32,000 nucleotides of DNA from Candidatus Nanoarchaeia archaeon (GCA_028279745.1 JANQNC010000001.1:930001-962000); one strand, 5' to 3'; shown: positions 7,903 through 17,557, counted from the first letter of the stretch. Numbers and translations: made by a program. The notes: generated by a model from the sequence alone, not told the origin.

Positions 7903-10900
7903 GTGGTTATAATAGCGAATGGGGAGACAGGTGTTGTAAAAGGGTTGGAATTCTTCTTACCAAAATCCATAGATGACAAAAAAGTATCCGTCGTGGAAGT
8001 AGGTCCATTTGACGAAAACGCACAGGCAAAAGAGATAAACAAATTCTTAGGGACAAGCATTGAATCATTATACAGAATTAATTCGTATATTATGGTTCAT
8101 CCGCCAGAAATAACCAACATTGAAGACTTGCTTAGGGGAAAACCATTTGTAGATCCAATAATGCATCAAGCGACACTAAATGAACCTCTGATTAGGAAGT
8201 TGGGTATTCCTTATGACTTTGTATTCCAAGATATGTTGAATCCAGGAACATCAGATGCAGAAGGCGACACAAAACTAAGACAGACATTACTTGCGTTAGG
8301 AAAGAAATTCGAAGAAGGTGATGTGGGATTCAGAGGAAGACAGTACTTCATGAAAGGAAAACTAGGGATAGATGAATCAGAAAACATATCCGCATTCTTA
8401 GCAAACCCTGATCTAAACCAAAGATTGGTAGTTCATAGAAATGAATACGAAAGAGGACAAAAAGTACAAGTTCCAGTTGTTACATTGCCACCAAAGATAG
8501 AGATACAAAAATATGATGTTCTTCGTATGAGTGATGATGAACTTCTTGAGTTGAGCAAGACAAGAAAATTGGCAGCAAGCTTAGAAGAGATGCAGCAATT
8601 CAGAGACATGTACAAAGACAAAGCATTTATCGAGAAAAGAAAAGAGAAAGGACTGGATGAAAGAGCGACAGACGTAGAACTAGAAACATGGTTTGGTCTG
8701 AGAAGCGAGCATTGTTTCCATAAAGAGTTTAATGCACACATAACACTCGAAGACAAAGTTAACGATCCAATATTCAAAAGAGCAGTAGAGAAAGGTTATC
8801 TGAAGAAAAATGATAAAGGAGAACTGATTTTAGATAAAGGGATCTTCAAAACATTCATACAAGAACCAGCACAAAAAATATATGACAAACTAGAAAAAAG
8901 AGGAAAGAACTGGATTGTGGCTCCAATGTTCACAGACAATGCAGGCACAGTACTTTATGATGAAAACTACATGTTCTGTATCAAATTCGAAACACATAAC
9001 TCGCCATCAAATAAAGAACCTGTTCAAGGAGCAAAAACAGGAATAGATGGGGTTAACCGAGACATATTTGGAAACATGCGAGGAACATTCGATGCAATCG
9101 CAAACTTTTTCTTATACGGAACAGGGAATATTGATTATGAAGGATGGTTGCCAAAAGGAGTAAAGCATCCATACGTGATACTAAAAGGAGCAACACAGGG
9201 AGTAAGAGAGGGAGGAAACGAATCTCAAATAGCAACACTCGGTGGAAGCTCAGTATTCGATCCAAGAAACTCAGCAAAATGCAAAGTACACGCAGGAACT
9301 GTGGGATGGAGCCCAGTAAAATCACCAGACGGAATAAGCTACATAGGAAAAGTACCAAACCTAGGAGATCTAGTGTTTGTAGTAGGACAACCTGTGGGTG
9401 TGGATGGAGTTCATGGAGCAACAGAAAGTTCACTTATTGCAGACGCAAATATAAGTTTGGGACACGTACAAGCAGATTACTCGTTTATACAAGCAAAAGC
9501 AAAAGGATACATTCTAGAAGTAGCAAGAGACAACTTATTATCATCAATAACTGATTTCGGAGCGATGGGATTGGGATCTGCGTCACACGAGATGGCAGAA
9601 GCTACCGGCGGATTATTTATGGATTTAGCATTGCATCCTGTGAAGTACAAAGGAATACAACCCTGGCAAATCAATTGCTCAGAAACACAAGATAGAATGT
9701 TACTAGTGGCTAAGCCAGAAAATAAAGAAGAACTGTTTAACAGAGCAAAACTTCATGATGTTGACATAACCCAAATGGGAGATTTAACAGATTCAGGATA
9801 TGTTCATTTAACACACGGAGAAGAAAGTGCAGCCTTCATAGACATAAAGAAACTGTTCAACAAGGAACCAAGAAAAAAAATGCACGCAACCTGGTATGGT
9901 AATGGGGAAAAGGAAGCAGAAGAAATTAAAGGAGAATACTCACTAGAAGAAGCACTATGTGATGTTATTGCAAGACCAGATATTGCATCAAAAGAATGGT
10001 TCTTCAGACAAAAAGACTCATCAGTAAAAGGTGCAACAATACAAGGGCCGCTAATAGGAAAGAAACAAGAAGTAGAAGCAGACGCAACCATACAAAAACC
10101 ATTAGATACAGAAGGGAAAGACTTTGGAGCAATAGCATATTCATTTGGAGTGAATGAAAAACAATCAGACTTAGATGCATACTATTCAGCACAAAACTCA
10201 TTCTTAGAGATGGTGGGAAAAGTGGTGGCGATTGGTGGAAAGTTGCCAGACATGGATAAAGCAAAATGGGATGCGTGGGCAGTATGTGGTAATTATTGCC
10301 AGCCAAACTCAGAATCAAAGACAACACTAACAAAAGAAAGTGGAGAGCATAACTTGGCTTCACTAGTAAGGGAAGCGATGGGAGTAAGAGAAGCAGAAGA
10401 AGCACTTAACATCCCAGTAATTTCTGGAAAAGACAGTATGAAATGCTCATGCAGATATGAAGTTGATGAGTCATTCAAACTAGAAGATGTACCTTTGGAT
10501 TTAAGAAGACACATAACACTAGTTGAAAAAGATGGAAAAAGAGAGATTGAGATACATGATCCAGATAGTTATCTAGCAACATGCGCAGTAAAAATAGAAG
10601 ATTACAGGAAATGTGTGAGTTCAAGCTTCAAACAAGAAGGCGATCTGATCTATGTTTTAGGCATCACTGAAAAACAACTAGGAGCATCACAATATCATGA
10701 AGCGATGGGTTACAAAGAACAAGGAGCACCAATACAGGGTGGAGAAGTTCCAAAAGCAGACCTTGAAGAATTTATACAAGCAGGTAAAGCAGTTCATGCT
10801 GCAATAGACAACGAATTAGTTGCATCATGTAGTTACCTGCACAAAGGTGGGTTAGCAGTTTCAGCTGTAAAAGCAGCAATGGCAGGAGATTTAGGAATAG

Positions 10901-11184
10901 ACATAAATGTAAACAGCGTGTGGAGTCCAGAAGATCTAGCAGATGAAGAATTATTATTTTCAGAAACACAAGGAAGATACATGGTTACTGTAGCTAAAGA
11001 AGATCAAGATGCATTCGAAAGAACATTAAATGACGTAATTTACAGTAAAGTTGGAACTGTAACTTCAAATGGCATGACTGTACTGAAAGGGGATGGAAAG
11101 AAAGAATCAATTGACATTTCAAAAGTAAAAGAAAGCTATCAAAAAACACTAAGCTTTGGTTTAAATGATCTGGTGAAAAAATAA
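7903..11184 (+). CDS. purL: Phosphoribosylformylglycinamidine (FGAM) synthase, large-type synthetase component without a fused amidotransferase domain
   Basis: 1093 aa. KFETHNSPSNKEPVQGAKTGIDGVNRDIFG corresponds to the conserved ETHNHPS...GGxxRD motif. The second repeat contains IPVISGKDSM. The N-terminal extension is about 350 aa longer than small PurL. The GTG start at 7903 is uncertain. Confidence 0.88.
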   Translation: MVIIANGETGVVKGLEFFLPKSIDDKKVSVVEVGPFDENAQAKEINKFLGTSIESLYRINSYIMVHPPEITNIEDLLRGKPFVDPIMHQATLNEPLIRKLGIPYDFVFQDMLNPGTSDAEGDTKLRQTLLALGKKFEEGDVGFRGRQYFMKGKLGIDESENISAFLANPDLNQRLVVHRNEYERGQKVQVPVVTLPPKIEIQKYDVLRMSDDELLELSKTRKLAASLEEMQQFRDMYKDKAFIEKRKEKGLDERATDVELETWFGLRSEHCFHKEFNAHITLEDKVNDPIFKRAVEKGYLKKNDKGELILDKGIFKTFIQEPAQKIYDKLEKRGKNWIVAPMFTDNAGTVLYDENYMFCIKFETHNSPSNKEPVQGAKTGIDGVNRDIFGNMRGTFDAIANFFLYGTGNIDYEGWLPKGVKHPYVILKGATQGVREGGNESQIATLGGSSVFDPRNSAKCKVHAGTVGWSPVKSPDGISYIGKVPNLGDLVFVVGQPVGVDGVHGATESSLIADANISLGHVQADYSFIQAKAKGYILEVARDNLLSSITDFGAMGLGSASHEMAEATGGLFMDLALHPVKYKGIQPWQINCSETQDRMLLVAKPENKEELFNRAKLHDVDITQMGDLTDSGYVHLTHGEESAAFIDIKKLFNKEPRKKMHATWYGNGEKEAEEIKGEYSLEEALCDVIARPDIASKEWFFRQKDSSVKGATIQGPLIGKKQEVEADATIQKPLDTEGKDFGAIAYSFGVNEKQSDLDAYYSAQNSFLEMVGKVVAIGGKLPDMDKAKWDAWAVCGNYCQPNSESKTTLTKESGEHNLASLVREAMGVREAEEALNIPVISGKDSMKCSCRYEVDESFKLEDVPLDLRRHITLVEKDGKREIEIHDPDSYLATCAVKIEDYRKCVSSSFKQEGDLIYVLGITEKQLGASQYHEAMGYKEQGAPIQGGEVPKADLEEFIQAGKAVHAAIDNELVASCSYLHKGGLAVSAVKAAMAGDLGIDINVNSVWSPEDLADEELLFSETQGRYMVTVAKEDQDAFERTLNDVIYSKVGTVTSNGMTVLKGDGKKESIDISKVKESYQKTLSFGLNDLVKK

Positions 11185-12032
11185 TGGTTAAAGCATACGT
11201 AATAAACGGACTTGGGATAGGGTGTGATGAAGAAGTGGCTCATGCATATGAAAAAGCAGGAGCAAAAGTAGAGATGGTACACTTTAGACAACTGTTATCT
11301 ATGAGCAAAGACAAACTTTTCGAAGCACAAATCATAAACCTTGCAGGAGGATTCTTACACGGAGACTTTGGCGGAGCAGGAATGTATGCTGCGAATGAGT
11401 TGGAGCATTCAGGCATAAAGGATTTATTGATAGAGTTTGCAGATGAAGGAAATGTAATATATGGTCAGTGCAACGGATTTCAATTTCTTGTAAAAACAGG
11501 GTTGCTTCCAGGGATTAACAGTGATTATTCTAAGCAAATACTTACATTAACACACAATGACTGTGGAAATTATAGGGTTGCACCTGTAATGCATAAAGCA
11601 GATCAAGCTCATTTTGCGTTTAAAGGAATTGATATGATCCAATTGTGGTGTAGACATGCGGAAGGAAAAGGACAATTCAATTCAAAGTATGGGTCAGTAT
11701 CTGAAGAAGAAGGAGAAAAAAACAGACAAGAAGTAAATAAAAACCATGTTATATTGCGTTATGTCGATAATAATGGAGAGCCAACAGAAAAATTTCCTTT
11801 CTCTCCTAATGGGTCCATTGACGGAATTGCAGGTTTGGCAAATTTTAATGGTCACATATTTGGAAACATGGCACACCCAGAAGTATCCATATATTCATCA
11901 AGAGATCCAGATTGGTTCGTTCAGAAAGACAGATTAAGAAGACAAGGAATAAAAGCGAAAGATCTGGAAGGAGAGATTATGGAAGGACAAGGACTGAAGA
12001 TCTTTAGAAATATAGTCAATTATGTTAAATAA
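11184..12032 (+). CDS. purQ: FGAM synthase glutamine amidotransferase subunit
   Basis: 282 aa. GQCNGFQ is the catalytic Cys motif and NMAHPE supplies His/Glu. The ATG overlaps the purL stop (TAATG). Confidence 0.88.
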   Translation: MVKAYVINGLGIGCDEEVAHAYEKAGAKVEMVHFRQLLSMSKDKLFEAQIINLAGGFLHGDFGGAGMYAANELEHSGIKDLLIEFADEGNVIYGQCNGFQFLVKTGLLPGINSDYSKQILTLTHNDCGNYRVAPVMHKADQAHFAFKGIDMIQLWCRHAEGKGQFNSKYGSVSEEEGEKNRQEVNKNHVILRYVDNNGEPTEKFPFSPNGSIDGIAGLANFNGHIFGNMAHPEVSIYSSRDPDWFVQKDRLRRQGIKAKDLEGEIMEGQGLKIFRNIVNYVK

Positions 12033-12037
12033 ACAAC

Positions 12038-12071
12038 CGAGGCAGCAGAAATTAAAAATTTCTGGGCCTCG
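12038..12071 (+). promoter_or_regulatory. Intergenic stem-loop between purQ and the IMPCH gene
   Basis: The hairpin is cgaggc-ag-cagaaatt aaa aatttctg-g-gcctcg, with 8 bp plus 6 bp separated by a small internal loop. No T-run follows it. The GAGGTGG Shine-Dalgarno motif of the next gene starts 7 nt later. Confidence 0.4.
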
Positions 12072-12088
12072 AAAGCCGAGGTGGAAAA

Positions 12089-12901
12089 ATGTCAATAAGA
12101 CAAGTAGAAGGATTGCAAAGAAACAAAATACCAGTACAGAACGTTCTAATAAGTGTTTTTTACAAAGACGGACTAGAAGATATGGTAAAGGGATTGATAG
12201 ATGTAAACCCTGATGTATTATTTATGTCAACAGGCGGAACATACAATGGAATGAAGGAAATGCTGGGGAGTGATGCAGATAAACATCTGATAGCTGTAGA
12301 TGAATACACAGAATTCCCTGAAATGGATGGAGGTTTGGTGAAAACTTTACACCCAAAGATACATGCAGGATTATTGGGAGAGAGAAACAACCCAAAACAC
12401 CAAGAATACATAAAAAACTTATCAAAAACAATCAAGTTCTTAGATGATGGTGTCGAAAGAGTGTTTGATGCGGAATTAGGAAAACAATACAGAGTTGAAG
12501 TAGTAGAAGGAGTAACAGGAGTCTATATCGATTTGATGATAGGAAATCTTTACCCATTCGAACAAGTAATTAAAAAAATAGAATCTGGAGAGATAAATCC
12601 AAAAACGAAAGAACCTTACAACTACGAGGATGCAAGAGGATTTAAAGATATAGGTGGACCGGGCATGACAAGAGCGGCGGCAAAGAACTTCCTGAGCTGT
12701 GCAGTAATATGCGACCCAGCAGACTATAACATAGCAGACACTTTAGTTGATGGATGCACAACATTCGAACAAAGGTTCGCACTTCAGCAGAAAGTATGGG
12801 AGATGTCCTGGAAATATGACAAGAAAATAAGTGATTTCGAAAATCAACAGGACGTTGCAAAAGTCAAAGCACTTTATGAATTCGAGAAGGAGGGTGAATG
12901 A
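12089..12901 (+). CDS. purH: IMP cyclohydrolase domain protein (N-terminal half of PurH as a separate gene)
   Basis: VLISVFYKDGL, STGGT, GGLVKTLHPKIHAGLLG and DLMIGNLYPF match the MGS-like IMPCH domain motifs of PurH. A GAGGTGG Shine-Dalgarno motif lies upstream. Confidence 0.85.
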   Translation: MSIRQVEGLQRNKIPVQNVLISVFYKDGLEDMVKGLIDVNPDVLFMSTGGTYNGMKEMLGSDADKHLIAVDEYTEFPEMDGGLVKTLHPKIHAGLLGERNNPKHQEYIKNLSKTIKFLDDGVERVFDAELGKQYRVEVVEGVTGVYIDLMIGNLYPFEQVIKKIESGEINPKTKEPYNYEDARGFKDIGGPGMTRAAAKNFLSCAVICDPADYNIADTLVDGCTTFEQRFALQQKVWEMSWKYDKKISDFENQQDVAKVKALYEFEKEGE

Positions 12902-12902
12902 A

Positions 12903-14231
12903 ATGACACAAGATATCAAACATAAACCAGTTATGGATCTGAAAGGTGGAGAAAATAGTCATCTGAAAGCAAGGTTAAGAGCGGCAGTTGATGAAAAAGA
13001 AGAGCCATTGAAGAAGATTTTATATTCTGAAGTCTATGACCGAGGAGCAAAAGTAAGAAAACCAGGATGGACGAACATAGGAGACTTCAGTGCGTGCATG
13101 AGAACCATAACCGCACTAGATACAGTATACAAAAATTCTGAAACGCCACATATAGCAGTTGCATCAAAACACACAAGACCTGTAGTATTAGCAAACGGAA
13201 AAACACAACTAGAAGCAGTAGTAAAAGCAATTGCAGGAGACTTAAACTCGCCATTCGGAGGGGTTTGGGCATTAAACACACCACTAGAACAAGAAACAGC
13301 AGAGTTCATAGACAGAATGTTTATAGAGGGGGTTATTGCGCCAGAGTATGAAAAAGGAACAGCAGAATTACTAAAAGATACAAGTAAAGTAAAAATGCAT
13401 CAAAACAGATTCCTACTAGAAGTTGGGTACTTAAAACCAGAAGACCTTGATGTCATAGTTGGGAAGAGTTTAACACCTGTTGCATTTGGGTGTTACATAG
13501 AGCAAGACAGAGAACCATTATTCGATGCACTAAAAGAATGTACAGTAGTAACTGGAAATGATGGAAATTCAGACATAAACTCATTAGATAGTCAGCTGAT
13601 AAATGATATTAACTTTGCAGGAAATGTTGCAAGTTACCTATCCTCAAATCTGATATTCTACGTGCATAACGGAGCGATAGCAGGATTAGGAGATGGATGC
13701 GGGGCAAGAACAGTCGCAGCAGAAAAAGCAAGAACCATGCTAGAAAAATCGGCATACGCAGCAATAAGTGCAGACAAGGAGGTTAAGGATTATGTGTGGG
13801 ATGCAGTACTTTACGACACTCCATTCACAAGAGAAGACTTTGATATAATACAAACACCAATAGAACTAACTGCATTCTCAGATGCATTCTTCCCCAAACT
13901 AGATGGCTTTGTAGAAACATCTGGGGTGGATAGAATCAAAGAAGAATTCGGAGCAAGAGAAGTGGTTTATACAGAGAAAAAGAAAGGAAAAGAATATGAT
14001 GTGACATTCATACCAAAGAAAAACAACTTCGATCCAGACTACAACCAAAGTTTGATACCAAAAGTTGTAATACAGCCCGGTGGAAGTATGGCTGATAAGC
14101 TAGTAAGGCCAATGGCTGAAAATTATGGAATTAAGATGGTATTCACAATGCCTCCAGAAGTTGGAGAAAAATATTTAGCGGGAGAGAAAGCAACAGGAAG
14201 AAGATTCTTTGGACATAACATAATGTCCTAG
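12903..14231 (+). CDS. purH: AICAR transformylase domain protein (C-terminal half of PurH as a separate gene)
   Basis: The C-terminal IQPGGSMADK...GIKMVFT...GRRFFGH matches the PurH signature QPGGSxRD...MVFTG.RHFRH. The ATG at 12903 is preceded by AAGGAGGGTGA, lies 1 nt after the upstream TGA, and is in a different frame. The track ORF start at 12831 is an upstream in-frame extension. Confidence 0.82.
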   Translation: MTQDIKHKPVMDLKGGENSHLKARLRAAVDEKEEPLKKILYSEVYDRGAKVRKPGWTNIGDFSACMRTITALDTVYKNSETPHIAVASKHTRPVVLANGKTQLEAVVKAIAGDLNSPFGGVWALNTPLEQETAEFIDRMFIEGVIAPEYEKGTAELLKDTSKVKMHQNRFLLEVGYLKPEDLDVIVGKSLTPVAFGCYIEQDREPLFDALKECTVVTGNDGNSDINSLDSQLINDINFAGNVASYLSSNLIFYVHNGAIAGLGDGCGARTVAAEKARTMLEKSAYAAISADKEVKDYVWDAVLYDTPFTREDFDIIQTPIELTAFSDAFFPKLDGFVETSGVDRIKEEFGAREVVYTEKKKGKEYDVTFIPKKNNFDPDYNQSLIPKVVIQPGGSMADKLVRPMAENYGIKMVFTMPPEVGEKYLAGEKATGRRFFGHNIMS

Positions 14232-14243
14232 GAGGTTAAAAAA

Positions 14244-15539
14244 ATGGCAAAAGTACTAGTTATAGGATCAGGTGGGAGAGAACACGCATTAGGTTGGAAA
14301 ATAGCACAAAGCGAAGAAGTTGAGGAAGTGCTTTATGCACCTGGAAATCCAGGGATGTTAGAAGGAAAATGTAAAGTTGTCCCAGTTGACGGATCAAAGA
14401 TAGAGAATGCGGATGCAATATCAAACTTAATCGAACAGGAAAATATAGATTTAACAGTTGTAGGGCCCGAAGCTCCACTGGCTGCAGGGTTAGTTAACAC
14501 GCTGAATAACAGAGGGCATAATCGTGTTTTTGGACCAACAAAACAAGCATCATTGCTAGAGTCTGACAAATTTTATTCATACGACATCATGAAAGAGATA
14601 GGAATACCTCAAGCAAACTCAATGAAATGTTTCTCAACACAAGATGCGGTAAACGCAATAAAAATAATGTCAGAAACTGAAGGTGTTGTGATTAAAGCAA
14701 GAGGATTGACAGGAGGAAAAGGAGTAACAGTGTGTGATTCAAAAGAAGAAGCGCTTACAGAGATATCAAACCATGCTGAAAACTATGGATCACATGTGCT
14801 AATAGCAGAAAGATTATTCGGACAAGAATTTTCAGTATTTGGAATTTCAGATGGAGAACAAGTATCACCTCTAGAAATCTCAATACAGGATCATAAACCA
14901 TTATTAGATGGAGACAAAGGACCGAACACAGGAGGGATGGGGGCTTACGGACCAGCACCAGTTGCATCAGCAGAAGTAGTAAAGAAAGTGGCTGATGATA
15001 TAATGACTCCAGTAGTGCAAGAGATGAAGAAAAAAGGCACACCCTACAAAGGATTCCTATATGGTGGAATGATCATGACAGAAAAAGGTCCAAAAGTAAT
15101 CGAGTTCAACATAAGATTCGGAGATCCAGAATGCCAGCCAGGAATGATGATGGTAGAAAGTGACATGTACAAAGCACTATCATATGCAGTTGATGGAAAA
15201 CTTAACGAAGTTGACTTTAAGTTCAAACCCGGAGCAGCATGTTGTGTTGTGCTAGCATCACAAGGATACCCTGGAAGTTATGAAAAAGGACTGCTGATAA
15301 AAGGAATAGAAGAAGCAGAACAAATCTCTGCAGTAAAAGTATTCCACGCAGGAACAAGAGAAGTAGAAAACGGAGATGGAAGATTTGTAACAGCTGGAGG
15401 AAGAGTTCTTGGAGTTACAGGATATTCACCAGCAGGAATTTCGGAAGCACAAAAAGTGGCTTACAACGCAGTATCAAAAATAAGCATTCCAGGCGGATGG
15501 GCTTATAGACAAGACATAGCGGATAAAGCTCTGAAGTAA
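14244..15539 (+). CDS. purD: Phosphoribosylamine-glycine ligase (GAR synthetase)
   Basis: 431 aa. The N-terminal KVLVIGSGGREHALGWK and ATP-grasp motifs (GLTGGKGV, EFNIRFGDPE) are typical PurD. Confidence 0.93.
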   Translation: MAKVLVIGSGGREHALGWKIAQSEEVEEVLYAPGNPGMLEGKCKVVPVDGSKIENADAISNLIEQENIDLTVVGPEAPLAAGLVNTLNNRGHNRVFGPTKQASLLESDKFYSYDIMKEIGIPQANSMKCFSTQDAVNAIKIMSETEGVVIKARGLTGGKGVTVCDSKEEALTEISNHAENYGSHVLIAERLFGQEFSVFGISDGEQVSPLEISIQDHKPLLDGDKGPNTGGMGAYGPAPVASAEVVKKVADDIMTPVVQEMKKKGTPYKGFLYGGMIMTEKGPKVIEFNIRFGDPECQPGMMMVESDMYKALSYAVDGKLNEVDFKFKPGAACCVVLASQGYPGSYEKGLLIKGIEEAEQISAVKVFHAGTREVENGDGRFVTAGGRVLGVTGYSPAGISEAQKVAYNAVSKISIPGGWAYRQDIADKALK

Positions 15540-15541
15540 AA

Positions 15542-16366
15542 ATGGACTACACACCAATATACTCAGGAAATCCAAAAGAATTCAGTTGGGTGGGATTTGG
15601 ATCTGGAAGCGGGACAAATTTAGCAGCATGTGCTAAAGTTATCAAACCAGTGATGGTTTTTTCTGATAAACCATCTGCGAAACTTTTCAAACTAGAAGAG
15701 TTAGCAGGTGTTGAACAAAAAACAATAGATGGTTTTGGGTATTGTGGGGGTTGGCAAGCAGCAAAAGGCAATCCAGTAAAAGAAGAGCAATACAAAGAAA
15801 GAAGCGTAAAATATAACGAGCTGATTCTAGAGACCTTAAAAGAGTTTGAAGAGGCACAAGGCAAACCGATAGACCTGATAGTTCTTGGCGGATATATGAG
15901 ACTAGTTGGTGATTGTATACTTGAAGCATACAAAGACAAAATAATAAACGTGCACCCGGCAGATCTTTCTATCCTGAACGAGAAGAACGAAAGAGTGTTT
16001 ATCGGTGGAGATGCAGTTTATGACGCGATAAAAGCAGGACAAGAACAAACAAGATCGTCAGTAATAATGGTAGATTCAGGAATGGATCATGGAGAAATAA
16101 TTACAATGGGTCCTGAGGTAAGAACGTGGGAAGAATACACTAACGGAACAAAAGCAGAAAAAGAAGAATGCTTGAGAGAATATGCAGATGGACACCAAAG
16201 CTTACAAAAAATAAGGAGTGATCATCCAGCATTAACAACGGCAGTGGACCTTATTGCACAGAACAAATTAGCATTAGGCAAAGAAAAAACATTCCATAAC
16301 GAATGGAGAACCGTATACTTCGGTGGGAGACCGCTTGATTATAAAGGACTTGAGTTAGGGAGGTAA
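15542..16366 (+). CDS. purN: Phosphoribosylglycinamide formyltransferase-like (formyl_trans_N family)
   Basis: GFGSGSGTNL and IINVHPADLS correspond to the PurN SGxGSNL and IINIHPSLLP motifs. At 274 aa it is longer than canonical PurN. It starts 2 nt after the purD stop. Confidence 0.75.
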   Translation: MDYTPIYSGNPKEFSWVGFGSGSGTNLAACAKVIKPVMVFSDKPSAKLFKLEELAGVEQKTIDGFGYCGGWQAAKGNPVKEEQYKERSVKYNELILETLKEFEEAQGKPIDLIVLGGYMRLVGDCILEAYKDKIINVHPADLSILNEKNERVFIGGDAVYDAIKAGQEQTRSSVIMVDSGMDHGEIITMGPEVRTWEEYTNGTKAEKEECLREYADGHQSLQKIRSDHPALTTAVDLIAQNKLALGKEKTFHNEWRTVYFGGRPLDYKGLELGR

Positions 16367-16372
16367 TTGAAA

Positions 16373-17539
16373 ATGGGAAAAGATACAGCAGATTACGAAG
16401 AAAGTGAAGAGATTGCGATAGCATCAGGGAAAAAAGCATTAGAAAGAGCGCCTTGGTTATTCAACAGAGTGAATCCAAAAACAAAAGGATTCTTTGTAGA
16501 ACTAAGAGATAATCAAATAATACACCCAAACTATTCCTCTGTACATTGTGTTGATGGAAACGGAACAAAACTATTTCTTAGTGCGTGGTCAGATAATTAT
16601 AGAAAAGCAATGACTGATGGAATTGCAATGAATGCAAATGACATGGCAACAATAATAAATGCAAAACCAAGCGAGTTGGAACTTTATATTGCATGTCAGC
16701 AAGGAGTTGAAGTAAATTATATGGGTCAGATAATGGATGGTTTAGTTGATGCGGTAGAAAGGATAAGAATACCAAATGCTCCGTGGGACATGAATATAGG
16801 AAAGATGGAAACTGCATCGGTGGATGAAATGATCTCGCTAGGAGTAAAAAATAAAGGGGTTGACTTTGGGATAGTGATGGTTGGTTACATAGCAAAAGAT
16901 GAGATACCAAACTTAAATCCAAAACCAGGACAACCGATTGTTGGAGTAAGTTCAACTGGGCTGCACAGTAACGGGTTTACTGGAGCAAGACATGTACTTT
17001 TCATATATGACCCAGCGCTAGAATATAGGGAAGAATGGAAGGGACAATACCGTGGTAGATTCAAGCCAGATGACAAACCAGACATCCTTGAAGGAAAAAC
17101 AGTGATGGAAGCATTGCAAGAACCAACTGCTCTTTACATGAAAGAAGCAGCATTAGTGGGGCAAAGCTTCGACACAAAGGAGATATATGGTGTGAACATA
17201 ACGGGGAATGGTTTGATGAATTTCAATAGAGTTGGAGAAGGAGTGTCATTCGAAATAACAGACCCGATAGAAATGCTTCCAATACACAAATTATTAGCAC
17301 AAGAATCAGGATGGGATCCTGAAACATCCTACAAAAAACAAAACAATGGGATGGGTTTTGCTTATATTGCGCCTGATATGGAAACAGCAGAAGGAATTGT
17401 TAAGTTAGTGAACGAGGCGGGTGAAAATAGAGCAAAGATTGTTGGAGAAGTCAGAGACAACAAAGACAAAGAGATAAAAACAACAATCCACAAGCCATAC
17501 GAAGGAGAACCGATAACCTTTACAGGTTATAACGGTTAA
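16373..17539 (+). CDS. purM: Phosphoribosylformylglycinamidine cyclo-ligase (AIR synthetase)
   Basis: VDGNGTKL and STGLHSNGF motifs are present. The ATG at 16373 has a GGGAGGT Shine-Dalgarno motif about 8 nt upstream. The track start at 16367 is a TTG. Confidence 0.88.
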   Translation: MGKDTADYEESEEIAIASGKKALERAPWLFNRVNPKTKGFFVELRDNQIIHPNYSSVHCVDGNGTKLFLSAWSDNYRKAMTDGIAMNANDMATIINAKPSELELYIACQQGVEVNYMGQIMDGLVDAVERIRIPNAPWDMNIGKMETASVDEMISLGVKNKGVDFGIVMVGYIAKDEIPNLNPKPGQPIVGVSSTGLHSNGFTGARHVLFIYDPALEYREEWKGQYRGRFKPDDKPDILEGKTVMEALQEPTALYMKEAALVGQSFDTKEIYGVNITGNGLMNFNRVGEGVSFEITDPIEMLPIHKLLAQESGWDPETSYKKQNNGMGFAYIAPDMETAEGIVKLVNEAGENRAKIVGEVRDNKDKEIKTTIHKPYEGEPITFTGYNG

Positions 17540-17557
17540 TTTTTATTTCTTTTTTTT
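17540..17557. terminator. T-rich tract between convergent purM and the lipoprotein gene
   Basis: tttttatttctttttttt lies directly after the purM stop. Read on the other strand, it follows the stop of the 17562-18344 gene. Confidence 0.4.

Noticed and set aside
9144-9554. 136-aa Arg/Lys/Ser-rich plus-strand ORF, and Leu-rich minus-strand ORFs (9053-9433, 10004-10405), inside purL
   Set aside because: They are alternate-frame or antisense products of an AAG/GAA-rich coding region. The purL frame carries the conserved motifs.
12022-12213. 63-aa highly basic plus-strand ORF spanning the purQ/IMPCH junction
   Set aside because: It overlaps the end of purQ, the intergenic hairpin and the start of the IMPCH gene in another frame. 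The IMPCH frame has conserved motifs and a proper Shine-Dalgarno motif.
12899-12905. The PurH split as a simple frameshift pseudogene
   Set aside because: The second half has its own strong Shine-Dalgarno motif and ATG, and both halves carry extra sequence relative to the fused domains. I kept it as a probable genuine split, but flagged it for read-level verification.
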